DNA from: a virus
Taxonomy: Duplodnaviria; Caudoviricetes
DNA: 64,000 bases
Reading direction: 5' to 3' (one strand)
IMG/VR virus record: IMGVR_UViG_3300021791_000001
Location: 715-64,714 of that record
The position numbers and the translations under genes were made by a program. The notes under the pieces are model-generated. The model worked only from the letters and a program-made list of their open reading frames with translations. It was not told the DNA's origin and searched no databases. Positions 48,688-59,954 of the stretch are shown piece by piece; position 1 is the stretch's first letter, and each line of letters starts with the position of its first letter.

Positions 48688-49460
48688 AAACTAATTTTAC
48701 CGTACAAGAGATTAATTCCTACGATGCTATAGAGTTTATACAAGCTAGGCATTACTCTAAAGTGATGCCCCGATTAACTAAGCATTATCTAGGAATCTAT
48801 GACGGTAAGGTATTAGCTGGAGTTCTTACCCTAGGGTGGGGAACGAAACCGTTTCATACGATTAATAAACTATTCCCTACTCTAGGTAGTAAGGACTATT
48901 ATGAGATAGGTAAGATGTGTATGGATGATATATATCCTAGGAATTCAGAAACCCAGATGCTCTCTAAGGTAAGACAGTGGATACAAGATAACCTACCAGA
49001 GAAACAATTCCTGTATACATGGGCAGACGGAATAGTTGGGAAGGTAGGGTATGTATACCAAGCCTTCAACTTCTTGTATGGTGGATACATATGGACTGAT
49101 ATTTATATCGGGCCAGACGGAGAGAAGATACATCCTAGGACTACGAAAGCTCTCTGCCAAGAGAATGCTGAGTGGGAAGGGAAAGAGAAAGTCTTTTGGT
49201 TAACTCACGCCTTTGCAGAACACAAGGGAATTAAACGGGTGAAGGGAAAACAGTTTAGGTACGTCATGCCTTTAACTAGACAAGCGATTAGATTACTTCA
49301 GGAATCGACAGTTAAGTGGAGTAAGGAATACCCTAAAGAAGATTCTCTTAAGTGGAGGATGCGAGTAGGTCCAAAGGAATGGCAGGACCTAGAAGGAATG
49401 CCTTCTGTAAATCTATCTGTAGTTAATATCAATAAGAAGAATGTGGAGGCACACAAATGA
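48684..49460 (+). CDS. mom: Mom-like GNAT-fold DNA adenine-modification protein
   Basis: ARHYS...LAGVLTLG...EIGKMCM...PRNSETQMLS...TWAD...GYVYQAFNF.YGG...KQFRY. Confidence 0.7.
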   Translation: MKTNFTVQEINSYDAIEFIQARHYSKVMPRLTKHYLGIYDGKVLAGVLTLGWGTKPFHTINKLFPTLGSKDYYEIGKMCMDDIYPRNSETQMLSKVRQWIQDNLPEKQFLYTWADGIVGKVGYVYQAFNFLYGGYIWTDIYIGPDGEKIHPRTTKALCQENAEWEGKEKVFWLTHAFAEHKGIKRVKGKQFRYVMPLTRQAIRLLQESTVKWSKEYPKEDSLKWRMRVGPKEWQDLEGMPSVNLSVVNINKKNVEAHK

Positions 49461-50129
49461 GTTTCGATAACGATGACTATATGCAACGGAAACTACGAGA
49501 GATGTTGTGGGTTGAGGAAATGTTGAAGGATGTAGAAGGGAACGAGTTTATTAAAGAGTTCTTTATGCCAGAGGACTTAGAGGAATACATACGTTCTCGT
49601 TGCCCACACGGAGGAATCTATGAATGGGATGACCCAATTGATTGGATAACGGGAGTATCATTGGGGTTGGCTTTTAACTACAGGGAATACTTTGCTACAC
49701 CAGAACTGGAGATGAAGTTCAGAGCACAGGTAGCCTACTTGACGGGAACTATATTAAGGAGGGTAGAGAAACCGAATGAGTGACCAAGGTATCTTTAATA
49801 GAACAGAGGGAATACAGCTACACTTATTTGAGATGGATAAACATCTGGATGAGCCACAGGACAATTTAATATTTCAGGTACGGTCAGGGAATCACGTATC
49901 GTATGTACAGATGCCTAGCAGTATAGATGCTACATATCCTTCATGGGGACAGTACTCTATATTGGAATTAGGAATGAATCTATTCTTAGTGATTAGGATA
50001 GAGTTCAAGTCAGGCCGACAGTCTAAGAGGCGTGTAACATACAGTAATGTATTTGATACTATTAGGGAGGCTATAGATTACATTGAATCTGATACAGGTC
50101 AGGTTATTAAATTCCGCAAGGACACATAG
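49457..50129 (+). CDS. Two hypothetical ORFs (49457-49783, 49776-50129)
   Basis: Overlapping start/stop coupling. Confidence 0.45.
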
Positions 50130-50141
50130 GCAAGGGGGAAG

Positions 50142-50170
50142 TTGCAAATTTTTCAGCCGTCTGTTAAAAT
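50142..50170 (+). promoter_or_regulatory. Early promoter cassette C
   Basis: TTGCAA-N17-TAAAAT. Confidence 0.7.
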
Positions 50171-50205
50171 GCTTTCAGGTCAAAAACTATGTGAGGTGAG
50201 AAACT

Positions 50206-52857
50206 ATGGGAGTGGGAAGTTATTGGGAAGGGAAAGATATCCCTATAACAGAGGAACAATTACAGAGTCTCTTTAAGCTGGCATCCATGCCTTATCTAGA
50301 ATGGTGTGAGTGCTTTGAGAACAATCTGGTTGAGGAGTATGATATTGCATCATACTCCTTTTTAGTTCCACCTGATAAGGACTGTTCAATATGTCCTAAG
50401 GACAGAGGCAAGGAATGGTTGGTAGAAGATACCATTATACTAGACCACTATCACTGTACTATATGTACTAAGCTAATTCAAATAGGATGAGGTGAATATG
50501 GCTGAAGTAATAAACCAGTTAACGTATGACTTATTAGATAGGGAAAGACGCAAGCTACATGATGAAGTAGTCAATCATTATTACTGGGATGGCAAGGGAG
50601 CAGCAGGAAGTCCTAGTAAGATACTACGCAGGTTTGGTTTCCAAGGTAAGAGTAAGAGAAAGTTACTTAAGGAAGTGACAGTATTCCTACAGTTAACGGA
50701 GGTTGTAGATGCCTAACATACATGAAATCATCCATTCTAATCGAGGTATGCCACCGGAGGTTTCAAGAGGACTACTAGATTATCTGCCTGACCATGATAG
50801 AGAGTATGTGGTTGGGTTGCTTAAGCGATGTTACTTGGATATCAATTGGTTACTTATTACAGGACATGATACATCGGCTAAGGAACAGATGGATGTCTAT
50901 AACAATTCAGAGGAATGCCTAGAGATGGCATACACCTTACATGAAATAGTAGATATGATAGGAGAAGTAGAGGATGAACACTAAGTCACATTATGGTAGT
51001 AATCGTATAACTAGGACATGGGTATGGAGAGCGGATAAAGTAGAGTCTACATTAGATGATGCTTTCTGGGCGGTTGATAATATGGTGTTAGAACAAGAGA
51101 TACTAGAAGCTATAAAGATTATGAAAGGCTTTAGAGAACTAGTATTAGAGGATGACTTTATAGATGAAGACTATTATCCTACAGACTATGTAGACGGGAA
51201 TTCAGATTATCTACATAGGAGACAGCTAGACGATAATGATATAATAACTCCAGAGGTTAGATTAAGAAGTGAACGTAGATGGCAAGATGGTATAAGGAGA
51301 CAACAAAGAAATGCTGTATGAAGTGCAAACATCTAGATGTTACTTTGCTACGCTTACTTATCACATAGAAGCAGAATCTGAAGAAGAAGCTATAGAGCTA
51401 GTAGAATCTGGTAACGATATCCTTTGTCCCGAAGCTAGACGTAGTAGATTGGATTGGGATGGAGAACCAGATTTGTTTATAGGCATACGAATACTAGAAG
51501 GAGAGAAGGATGGAGGATAGACATATACAGATTGATTTAACAGGTGATGTAGATTGTCCCTTGTTAGATTATGATTTGATTCTAAGGACAAATGATGAAG
51601 GGACTCAGTATGTAGGATTTAATATTTATGATTACAAAAACCAAACGTATAAGGCGTGGATAGATTTAGGAGAAGATGATAATGGCTAGACTATTAAAGA
51701 CACCAGCTAAGGGACATTGGGATGAGACTTCATATGGTAGATGGCGGAATGGTTCCTCACTACCACCATGTAAGTGTAACAACTATGAGGAATGTTATGC
51801 TAGGTGTGAGGCAGACCTTGAATCTATTGGTCAGGGAAACATAATGAGATTTCAAGTAGCAGATGGGTATGCTCTGTATGAAGTCCTTAAGGAACAACCT
51901 TTAACCATTAGACATATTCCTTACAGCGATGCTTACGAAGCCCACCCTGCTCTCCTTAGAGGATTAGAATACTCAGACCTTGTACAGCAAAGGAACTGGA
52001 ATAATATGATACAGACCATGAGGAGGAACTAACATGGGAATACTATGGTCTACTACAGGGACAGACCGCTATGCTTTAACTGTAGAGCTATGTGATAACT
52101 GTGAGACGAGTCTTAACCAGAATCCTCAAGAGGGAATCGAATACCACAGATGTAGGGCATACCCAGACAGTTGTGTAGAAGGAACAGATTGCCCAGACTA
52201 TGTAAAGGAATGTAGCTGTCCAGTTTGCCAGAATAACTTTGCTATAGTCAGGTGGTCGATTGATGATGTTCAAGGACTTAGGAAGGATTGTTCACTTACG
52301 GAATGGACACAGGCAGAAGCTAGGGACTTCCTTCTTAGGAATGAAGGCAGGATACAAGACAGGCTAGTAGAACTAGGTTGGGAAGTACTCTGGGATTTAA
52401 TGATGGATGAAGGTGAGGAATAGGAATGGATATGAATAATTACGCAGACACTGAACAGAACCGTATGAACTTAGAGAAGTGGTCTAGGGAATGGCTGAAC
52501 GAAACCTTTGGACCCTATGGCCTTGAACCCTTGGAGGAATTCCCTAAGGGTATGCCTATGCATGGAACGCAATGTAGTGTGGGAGTAGCATTGAACAATG
52601 GGTTAAAGCTAGTGAACTTCCATCAGGAATGGTTTGTTGGTACTTACTATATAGAAGTGCCTAAGGAATATAGAGAGAACGAGGACTTACCTCTCATAGA
52701 TGCTAAGATAAAATTACCGGACTATGTAGTAGCATTCATAGATGCCTATGATGAAGGATGTTATCCTGACCTGTTCTCTGCTGATTGGCTTTCTAGACCC
52801 TATTGGTACAGTAAACCTATACCATTCCAGTACAATATGCAATGCAACAATGGCTAG
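50206..52857 (+). CDS. Cluster of small hypothetical early ORFs (50206, 50492, 50709, 50974, 51311, ~51510, 51676, 52034, 52426)
   Basis: Contiguous ORFs with SD motifs; several CxxC motifs. Confidence 0.45.
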
Positions 52858-52865
52858 GCGGAAAG

Positions 52866-52894
52866 TTGCAAAAATTTTCCTTGACGGTTATGGT
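52866..52894 (+). promoter_or_regulatory. Early promoter cassette D
   Basis: TTGCAA-AAATTTTCCTTGACGGT-TATGGT. Confidence 0.8.
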
Positions 52895-52930
52895 GTTCTC
52901 AGCCCCGAAATTTACAGCTTAGGAGTTACC

Positions 52931-53347
52931 ATGGATATGAGTGAAGAACAATGGGAAGAGGCAGTAGACAATCAGTTACAGGTTCCATATACTGTGGAGC
53001 AGATGGAGGAAGTCAGGACTATATTTGAGGACTTCTGGAGTACACCAGAATGTCGAGAGTTCACAGAGTCCATAGCCTCAGACGCTAGTATACCAGCTAA
53101 GGCACTTATGACTATGACAAGGGATATGTTTCTCAGTAGGAGTATCAGTCCTCTTATGGCACAAATAACTCCTGACCCTAATGGGCAATTGGAACATCTC
53201 AAAGACCATAGGGACAGACCGCTTTATGGAATATCCATGGAACGGTGGAGAAGGAGTATGGAGTTCGGTGCTATCATAGGATACTACTGTGGGATACAAA
53301 AGGGAATGCTAGATAGACTAGATAGGCTTTGGACTGACGATGCCTAA
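52931..53347 (+). CDS. Hypothetical protein
   Basis: SD AGGAG after promoter D; the track start at 52742 crosses the promoter. Confidence 0.5.
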   Translation: MDMSEEQWEEAVDNQLQVPYTVEQMEEVRTIFEDFWSTPECREFTESIASDASIPAKALMTMTRDMFLSRSISPLMAQITPDPNGQLEHLKDHRDRPLYGISMERWRRSMEFGAIIGYYCGIQKGMLDRLDRLWTDDA

Positions 53348-53971
53348 AGAGGATTGTCCATGGTGTAAGGAACCTAGGAATAAAGAAACATGGGTTAACC
53401 TAGGTAAGGACAAGCTAGCACTGGTATGTTTTAACTGTGCTAGCAAAGTCCATACCAAGTATCTAGCAGAACTAGAAGAGGAGGATAAGGAAGGTTATGG
53501 TAAAACTTAATGAACTTAGGGAACAGTATATAATAACCAAATCATTGTTACTAGCTGAAACTATACTAACAGCGATAGTAGATATTAGACATAGAAACAG
53601 TGACCTATTTGATATCAGGGCGATGCTAGAGACAAAACCATATTCTATTATGGCTAAGGAAATGGGATACGTTAGGCAAGTCAATCAGAAAGGAGGAACG
53701 GTAGGGAATGACAACGGAACGAATCAGGGCTAACGATACAGGCATGACTGACATACTAGTAGAGGAGGTGCAGGAACAGTTCGGGTACTGTCAGCATGAA
53801 CACTGTGTCTCTACAACACCACAGGTATTGGGTAATGGTCTATGTACTTATTGCTGGGACAAGACTAAAGAGAAGAACCTCAGTAGGTATATAGGTAGGG
53901 AGGTAACCTCACCTAGACGGACTGCAAAGCAACGCTACGCTGACATTAAGAGGCGTAAGAAACGTCCGTAA
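53340..53971 (+). CDS. Three small ORFs (~53340 Zn-finger, 53497-53733, 53708-53971 Zn-finger)
   Basis: CPWC/CFNC; CQHEHC/CTYC. Confidence 0.4.
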
Positions 53972-53979
53972 GGGGGAAG

Positions 53980-54008
53980 TTGCAAAAATTTTCTTTGACG
54001 GTTATGGT
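53980..54008 (+). promoter_or_regulatory. Early promoter cassette E
   Basis: TTGCAA-AAATTTTCTTTGACGGT-TATGGT. Confidence 0.8.
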
Positions 54009-54055
54009 GTTTTCAAGACCCACAAAGTGGGCAAAAATTTATAGGAGGCATACAT

Positions 54056-55195
54056 ATGCCAGCCAGCTTATTTGGAGACAGACTTATCACTAGGCAACCA
54101 GCATGGCACAGGTTAGGTACGGTAATGGATACCACTGGGATAAACGCATCAGAGGCTGCAAGGATAGCAGACATACTGTTCCCTATCGTTAAGTTACCAG
54201 CACCAGCACAGGCTCCACTGGTTAACCCTACGGTAACGACTTCCACTCCATGGGGCCAGTTCGGGAAGCCACAACCAACTGCATCAACGACAGGTACAGA
54301 ACTGATAGATGTAGGTCGGTACTACATAGCTAGGTCACCTGTTACTGAAGACCCTACATATAGAATCCTTTCTCCTAACACTGTTAGTAAACAGTGGACA
54401 CCTATACAGACTTCTGAGTTAGCTCAGATACTAGACCCTCTAACGGAGAAGTATCCTGTGGAAACAGCAGGAGCCTTAGGTCATGGTGAGAGGATATTCT
54501 TCACCTTGGATGCTGGTGAAGGTATCATAGCTGGGGAAGACCATAAGTTATACTATCTGGTAACAGACCACAGAGATGGCACTGGTGCTTTAAGCATTGC
54601 ATTTACTCCAGTGAGAGTAGTATGCCAGAACACTTTAACTGTTGGTCTTGCCTCAGCTAAGGTACATACTTCAATCCATCATACGGAACAGATACATGAA
54701 GATGCCAAGTGGTACATGAATCTATTCCAGAACATGATGGATTCTAGAACCTCTGTAGTTAATACTATGAATCAGTTATCTGAGGTTACCATCACTGACG
54801 AAGAAGCACAGGCTTTACTTAAGTCTACTTATCCAGACCCAGTACGGAGTAGGAAGCTTCAGTTTGCAGACAGTGTTACACCGGATGACTTGAACGGTGT
54901 TAACTACTTGACACTCTTGAACGATAAGAAAGAGCAAGAGGACAAGAGGGAGCAAGCCATCAAGAACGCTACCAAGAAGCGTAATGAAGTATGGGAACTC
55001 TATGACATATTCAACCAAGAGCATCCCAACGTATCTAGGACTGCATGGGCCATATGGCAAGCAGTAGTAGAAGCTGAGGACTACCGTAGAGGTAAGGACA
55101 CACAGGTAACCCAACAGGCTATCCTGTTCGGTAGTAGAGGAGCAGTAAAGCATAAGGCTTTCGCCTCTGCACTTGAATTAGCGGAAGCTAGATAG
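54056..55195 (+). CDS. DUF932/DUF945 (TIGR03299-like) phage/plasmid protein
   Basis: PAWHRLG; ETAGALGHGERIF; HRDGTGAL..TPVRVVCQNTL. Confidence 0.8.
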   Translation: MPASLFGDRLITRQPAWHRLGTVMDTTGINASEAARIADILFPIVKLPAPAQAPLVNPTVTTSTPWGQFGKPQPTASTTGTELIDVGRYYIARSPVTEDPTYRILSPNTVSKQWTPIQTSELAQILDPLTEKYPVETAGALGHGERIFFTLDAGEGIIAGEDHKLYYLVTDHRDGTGALSIAFTPVRVVCQNTLTVGLASAKVHTSIHHTEQIHEDAKWYMNLFQNMMDSRTSVVNTMNQLSEVTITDEEAQALLKSTYPDPVRSRKLQFADSVTPDDLNGVNYLTLLNDKKEQEDKREQAIKNATKKRNEVWELYDIFNQEHPNVSRTAWAIWQAVVEAEDYRRGKDTQVTQQAILFGSRGAVKHKAFASALELAEAR

Positions 55196-55236
55196 GAGGT
55201 GAGAGAGCTAAGCGTTTAGACCGTTGAAGGGGAACT

Positions 55237-55268
55237 GGGTAGGCAGGTGGACTGCCTACCCTTTTTTT
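55237..55268 (+). terminator. Rho-independent terminator
   Basis: GGGTAGGCAG-GTGGA-CTGCCTACCC-T7. Confidence 0.85.
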
Positions 55269-55279
55269 GCTTAGCCACC

Positions 55280-55706
55280 ATGCGAGACTGTAAGAGAAAG
55301 CGTAAGTTTAATACTTACTCAGAAGCTAATAGTTATGCTATGAGGCGTAACAATAAAGTGTTGGTATATCATTTACTTAGACCATACTGGTGTCACAGAC
55401 ACAAGTGTTTTCATATAGGCCATAGTAGAATCAGAGCTACATATTCAATACAAGGGAGGAGTAATGGTGATAGTATTTTGTAGGGTACATAAGATAGACG
55501 GAGATGAAGACTGTCCAAGGTGTGCTGAAGAAAGGGAAGAGACTGCATACTACTTATCTGTATGCTGTCAAGCAGAGCCTGTAGCAGAGACTCTAGAACT
55601 TCCTGATATGTTTAGGCAGTACATAGATAGTAACGGAGCTATCGGTAGGTGTTCTAAATGTGGTGACAATGGAGAGTTTGATAAACACTATGAAGATGGA
55701 GAATAG
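55280..55706 (+). CDS. Two small Zn-binding ORFs (55280-55483, 55464-55706)
   Basis: C..K..F..YSEA...LRPYWCHRHKCFHIGH; CRVH..CPRC..CSKC. Confidence 0.5.
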
Positions 55707-56319
55707 GCTCAAGGGTTCTTACCGGAACATAGTAGATGTCTTTAACTGTGCTTCCATGGAATCAATACAAGAAGGGTTAGCGTGGTATAGAGATGCCCAT
55801 CTACTGGCACAAGTAATAGGTAGACTAGGAGGTTATAAGATACATCCACACTCTGTAATAGTAGGTGCTGGTATACTGTCTGCCTTATCACCACAGGTAT
55901 CGTGGGAACAGAATGTCAAGTGGGCTATAGAGTTAGCTACTAGACGGAAGCAATACACCACAGGCAGGAACCATGACAAGGCTTTAAGGATACTGAATGG
56001 GGAACATCCTATGCAGGTACTAGGAGGCAGGAAAGTAATAGCTTTCTATAAGGCTATAGTAGCACCAGAGGGAAGTGGGGAACCAGTAATAGACAGACAC
56101 GCCGTAGCTGTATACATGGGTAGGAACGTACCAGAGAAAGAGATACTACAGTTACAGATACCGCAAGTAATGTCTAGGGTACAGACAGCATACAAGAAGG
56201 CTTCTAGTGTTCTAGATGTACACCACCATAGAGTACAGGCTATCACATGGTCAGAGTGGCGTAGGCAAAAGCGTACTGTACCTATGGGGCAAGTTGCGAA
56301 AATTTTTCTTGACGGCTAG
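55690..56319 (+). CDS. Conserved phage protein of DNA-glycosylase-like (DUF7178-type) family
   Basis: GLAWYRDAH; ILSALSPQVSWEQN; GRKVIAFY; VIDRHA. Confidence 0.55.
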   Translation: MKMENRLKGSYRNIVDVFNCASMESIQEGLAWYRDAHLLAQVIGRLGGYKIHPHSVIVGAGILSALSPQVSWEQNVKWAIELATRRKQYTTGRNHDKALRILNGEHPMQVLGGRKVIAFYKAIVAPEGSGEPVIDRHAVAVYMGRNVPEKEILQLQIPQVMSRVQTAYKKASSVLDVHHHRVQAITWSEWRRQKRTVPMGQVAKIFLDG

Positions 56320-56322
56320 GAT
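56294..56322 (+). promoter_or_regulatory. Early promoter cassette F
   Basis: TTGCGA-AAATTTTTCTTGACGGC-TAGGAT. Confidence 0.75.
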
Positions 56323-56362
56323 GTTTCCATGCCCCGAAATTACGACCCGAAGGAGAATAGAC

Positions 56363-56791
56363 ATGGCGATTGAACTGATAGATGTAGAGGTACTAGGTAT
56401 AAGTGGAGTGACCCAACAACATAAAGGAGTGTTACACTGGACTGACCTGATACTAGATAACGGAGCGTGGGTTCCCGATGGGTCTGTTCCCTACCCTATC
56501 ATGGTGTTAGAGTATGAAGGCTACGGTGGCAGAGGTGAAGACTGTAGTCCATGTACACAGTGTACAAGTTGTATGATATCACTAAATGGGGATAGGGATA
56601 GATGTTGGATGTGGTACATTACGGATGTCAGGTCAATGTATTACCCAGCACGTAACGAGTATTATCCTCATATGGAACATCTCTGTACTGCCTGTACAGA
56701 GATACTAGTTACTAACATCCAAGAACATATGGTAGCTAAGAATATGGATGAGTATTATAAAGAGAAGGAGCAAGGAGTGTTTGAACTATGA
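56363..56791 (+). CDS. Cys-rich hypothetical protein
   Basis: SD AAGGAG; CSPCTQCTSC, CTAC. Confidence 0.5.
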   Translation: MAIELIDVEVLGISGVTQQHKGVLHWTDLILDNGAWVPDGSVPYPIMVLEYEGYGGRGEDCSPCTQCTSCMISLNGDRDRCWMWYITDVRSMYYPARNEYYPHMEHLCTACTEILVTNIQEHMVAKNMDEYYKEKEQGVFEL

Positions 56792-57114
56792 TGAATCCAA
56801 TACAGAAGGTTGGTAGTCTTTTGCACTACCAACCCCATACCAATAACCTAACACCTAAGGAGGTTATCCGTAGGGCTAATGGTAAGTTCATATCAGTTAC
56901 GTTTAGGTCAAGACGTAGTGGAGAGATATCCCATAATAGGGTATGTCGTACTGGTGTCAAGATTGGAGTGAAAGGGCTAGGCATGAGTTACAATGCAGAG
57001 GAGAAAGGTCTAGTAACTGCATGGGATGTGAGGAAGAAGGATTACATATCTATACCCTTAGAGGGAGTCATAGAGATACAAAGTCAGGGAGTATATTGGA
57101 GGACGATAGGATAA
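56788..57114 (+). CDS. SH3-like beta-barrel phage protein
   Basis: GKFISVTF...CRTGV...LVTAWDVRKKDYISIPLEGV. Confidence 0.55.
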   Translation: MMNPIQKVGSLLHYQPHTNNLTPKEVIRRANGKFISVTFRSRRSGEISHNRVCRTGVKIGVKGLGMSYNAEEKGLVTAWDVRKKDYISIPLEGVIEIQSQGVYWRTIG

Positions 57115-57500
57115 TGAAAGACGCAACAGTTGGTACACTATTAGAGGATATACTGTGGAACAGTAAGAGTGAGAACCCACTTGTTAGTACAAACTATGGG
57201 TACAGAGTATACAGAGTAAACGAGAGTCAGGTAATATTGTTCAGGGCTACTAACATGACACCAGTGGAATACATAGGGACAGTGTTAGATGGTAAAGGTC
57301 AGACAGGAGCTATAGTAGACATGATACTAAAGCACATAGTAAGTGCATGGACAGAACCAGACGTTATAGAGTATCTGCATGATATGTTAACAGAAGGTAC
57401 TAGCAAGATTACGTACCAACAGATACAAGCTAAGCACCATATACATTCACAGACAGCAAGGGACTTAAGAAAAGGTATAGCAAACGTAGGAGGTAACTAA
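57114..57500 (+). CDS. Hypothetical protein
   Basis: TAATG coupling. Confidence 0.45.
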   Translation: MKDATVGTLLEDILWNSKSENPLVSTNYGYRVYRVNESQVILFRATNMTPVEYIGTVLDGKGQTGAIVDMILKHIVSAWTEPDVIEYLHDMLTEGTSKITYQQIQAKHHIHSQTARDLRKGIANVGGN

Positions 57501-57501
57501 C

Positions 57502-57972
57502 ATGGGACTAGACCAATATGCTTTCTCAGTGAACCCAGAGGAGTGGGTATTATACCAAGGTGACAACACCTACGATTTTGACAGAAAGGAGTTGGCCTAC
57601 TGGAGGAAACACAATAGACTACAGAGTTGGATAGAACAAGTGTGGTTGACTAGAGGTCATACACAGGAACAGCTAACCAATGGTGACTGTAACTGTGAGT
57701 TTATAGAGCTTAGCCTAGAGGACATAGAGAAGCTGGAAGAGGATGTAATTACCCTAGCTCTACCGGAGATACCAAGTCCTAATAAGAGACTATTCTTTGG
57801 TCAGGATTCATACTCACCAGTATCTACAGGTATAGATGTTGCAGACTTAACTGTACAGTCTATACCTAATCCTTTCCCTTACTATGATTACGAGACTGAT
57901 AGACAGTTCGTAACAGATGCTAAAGTGGAACTAAGTAAAGGCAATATCATACTTTATTGGATGTGGTGGTAA
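57502..57972 (+). CDS. Widespread conserved phage hypothetical protein
   Basis: MGLDQY...YWRKHN.LQ.W...NC...FFG...Y..WW pattern. Confidence 0.6.
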   Translation: MGLDQYAFSVNPEEWVLYQGDNTYDFDRKELAYWRKHNRLQSWIEQVWLTRGHTQEQLTNGDCNCEFIELSLEDIEKLEEDVITLALPEIPSPNKRLFFGQDSYSPVSTGIDVADLTVQSIPNPFPYYDYETDRQFVTDAKVELSKGNIILYWMWW

Positions 57973-58589
57973 CGATGATTAAGACAAAGGATTGTAAAGT
58001 ATGTAAGGCATTAGGACTACCAAGTAAGGTAGTATGGCAAAGAGGGATGATTCTACCACGTTGGGTAGAGAACACTAGTGGAGCAGGGATAGTTATCAAA
58101 GGAAGCTGGTACTGTAAAAAGTGCCGAAGGAGTGTATAACAGTATGTGGTACAACAGCATTACAGAGTTCTATAAAGAACGTCAACGTAGGATACCTAGA
58201 TTCATAACCCGTACTAATCCTGTAGACTGTATAGTATGTGGGAGAAAGAATGGAGGCCAGCAGGGTACTGTCCATCATGGTTGGTGCTGGCCTTGTGTAC
58301 AATGCTACTGTACAGGTAGACCTTACAACGGTATGGGTGAACCATGGAATAGAATGGAGTGTTATGGGTCATGAGTGAAGTAATATATAACTGGATAGGC
58401 AAAGGAGCTAACATACCCACCATAGTACAAGAGGATAAGCCTAAGTGTGTAGACGATACCTTTGCACATCATTGGGTGATAGACCCATCTGGTACTACAA
58501 CTAGTAACGGTACTTGTAAGAAGTGTGGCAATGATAGACTATTCTTAAACTCAGCACCAGTAAGTACAGAGGGAGGAGCATTATGGTAA
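57972..58589 (+). CDS. Three small Cys-rich ORFs (~57972-58139, 58132-58374, ~58371-58589)
   Basis: CKVC/CKKC; CIVC/CWPC; HHW...CKKC. Confidence 0.4.
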
Positions 58590-59278
58590 AGCCTATGACT
58601 AGAGAAGATTGGAAGATGGAACGGGAACGTACCATAGCTAACATGAGAACAGACTACTTAGGAAAGGTAGATGTCAGAGGTTATCTGATAGCCAAGGGCT
58701 GGGATAAGAATGGAGGACAATACTGGTGTACTACATCACCTAGCTTTACTGAGGAACAGTTCGCTGTAATAGGTGAAGCATGGGACCATGTAGGAAGTGA
58801 TGTAGAGGTGCATCACCATAAGCTATACAGACAAGGTGGGCCTGATGTTCTAGATGCCTACACTTGGCTACAGAACTTCTTTGTTATACTAGATAAGCTG
58901 ATGCGTATCAGAGGCATAGCTTTACCATACTTCAATACTAATGGGGAACCAGTAGTTGACTACGATACTATCAATGGGCTAGTTAATGCAGAGTGTGTTG
59001 TCCGTAGGTGGTACAATCCTAGCATGAGTAGGACTACCTATACTCTAGGAGGCTATGGGCCAGAGTATATAGAGAGAACCATACAGAAGTATGTACAGGA
59101 ATTCGCTAGTTCCTATACAACGGCTAGAGGCGGTAGTGGATGGAAGGAATTACAGACGCTATCCTATAGGTTTGGTATGCTCTTTACTAACGAGTCCCTT
59201 GAGGGTATGTACCGTAGTCTACCAGATATATTACGGGCTACTAAGGTTACCAAGGGAGAGGTGTCGTTCCTACCGTAG
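58583..59278 (+). CDS. Hypothetical protein
   Basis: SD GGAGGAG; 231 aa. Confidence 0.55.
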   Translation: MVKPMTREDWKMERERTIANMRTDYLGKVDVRGYLIAKGWDKNGGQYWCTTSPSFTEEQFAVIGEAWDHVGSDVEVHHHKLYRQGGPDVLDAYTWLQNFFVILDKLMRIRGIALPYFNTNGEPVVDYDTINGLVNAECVVRRWYNPSMSRTTYTLGGYGPEYIERTIQKYVQEFASSYTTARGGSGWKELQTLSYRFGMLFTNESLEGMYRSLPDILRATKVTKGEVSFLP

Positions 59279-59324
59279 TAGTACAGTAGGGTACGCCTCT
59301 AGTAGGCGTACCCTATGGGACAAG

Positions 59325-59353
59325 TTGCCAAAATTTTTCTTGACGGCTAGAGT
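59325..59353 (+). promoter_or_regulatory. Early promoter cassette G
   Basis: TTGCCA-AAATTTTTCTTGACGGC-TAGAGT; preceded by 12-bp perfect hairpin 59287-59315. Confidence 0.75.
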
Positions 59354-59392
59354 GGTTTCATCGACCCAAACGAAAACAGCATAGGAGACAGT

Positions 59393-59953
59393 ATGAGAAC
59401 ACTAGACAATAGCATAACCCAAGCGACCCAAGAGTTGGTAGACATACAGAATGTATCTGGTGGGCCACGGTTTGAGAACTATGGAGCTGAGATACAGAGT
59501 GCCAGTGAGTTCTTCTGGGTATACTCAGTAAAGGCTGACACCTTTACCCTAGTAGAACGGTACACTGTACAGCTAACTGAACCTATGGTATTAGAAGTAC
59601 CTAGAGTTACCTTAGCACCGGATATGTTTACTGCTATGTCTTACAGCATAGAGAACGTAGAGGTACACAGGGAGTCGGAGGGTAGGTTAGACGATAGCTG
59701 GTACTATAGGGATGAGGTTACTGGTATAGATTACGAGAAGGAGGTATAAAGTATGGGTATAGACATGACTCCAACGTGGGAAGCCATAGCAGACATCCAA
59801 GCACAGGTACTCTTAAACCCTAACTCAGAGTATGAGACAAGGCGTATGGCACTACGGTATATTAGGTGGTTCGGTCAGGTAATGGATGCTATGAAGAACC
59901 ATATGGAGCCACCACCACAACCAACGGCTAGCAACCCTTATGAGTTTAACTAG
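59393..59953 (+). CDS. Two hypothetical ORFs (59393-59749, 59753-59953)
   Basis: SD AGGAG and GGAGG. Confidence 0.5.
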
Positions 59954-59954
59954 G

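Noticed and set aside
52881-52910. Internal TTGACG as the real -35 box
   Set aside because: No TANNNT lies 16-18 nt downstream in the copies checked, whereas TTGCNN-N17-TANNNT fits all copies.
55194-55219. Minigene GTG AGA GAG CTA AGC GTT TAG after DUF932
   Set aside because: The AGGAGG overlaps the GTG, so there is no SD spacing and no support for translation.
59091-59384. + strand 97-aa ORF
   Set aside because: Overlaps 58583-59278 out of frame and runs through the hairpin and promoter G.
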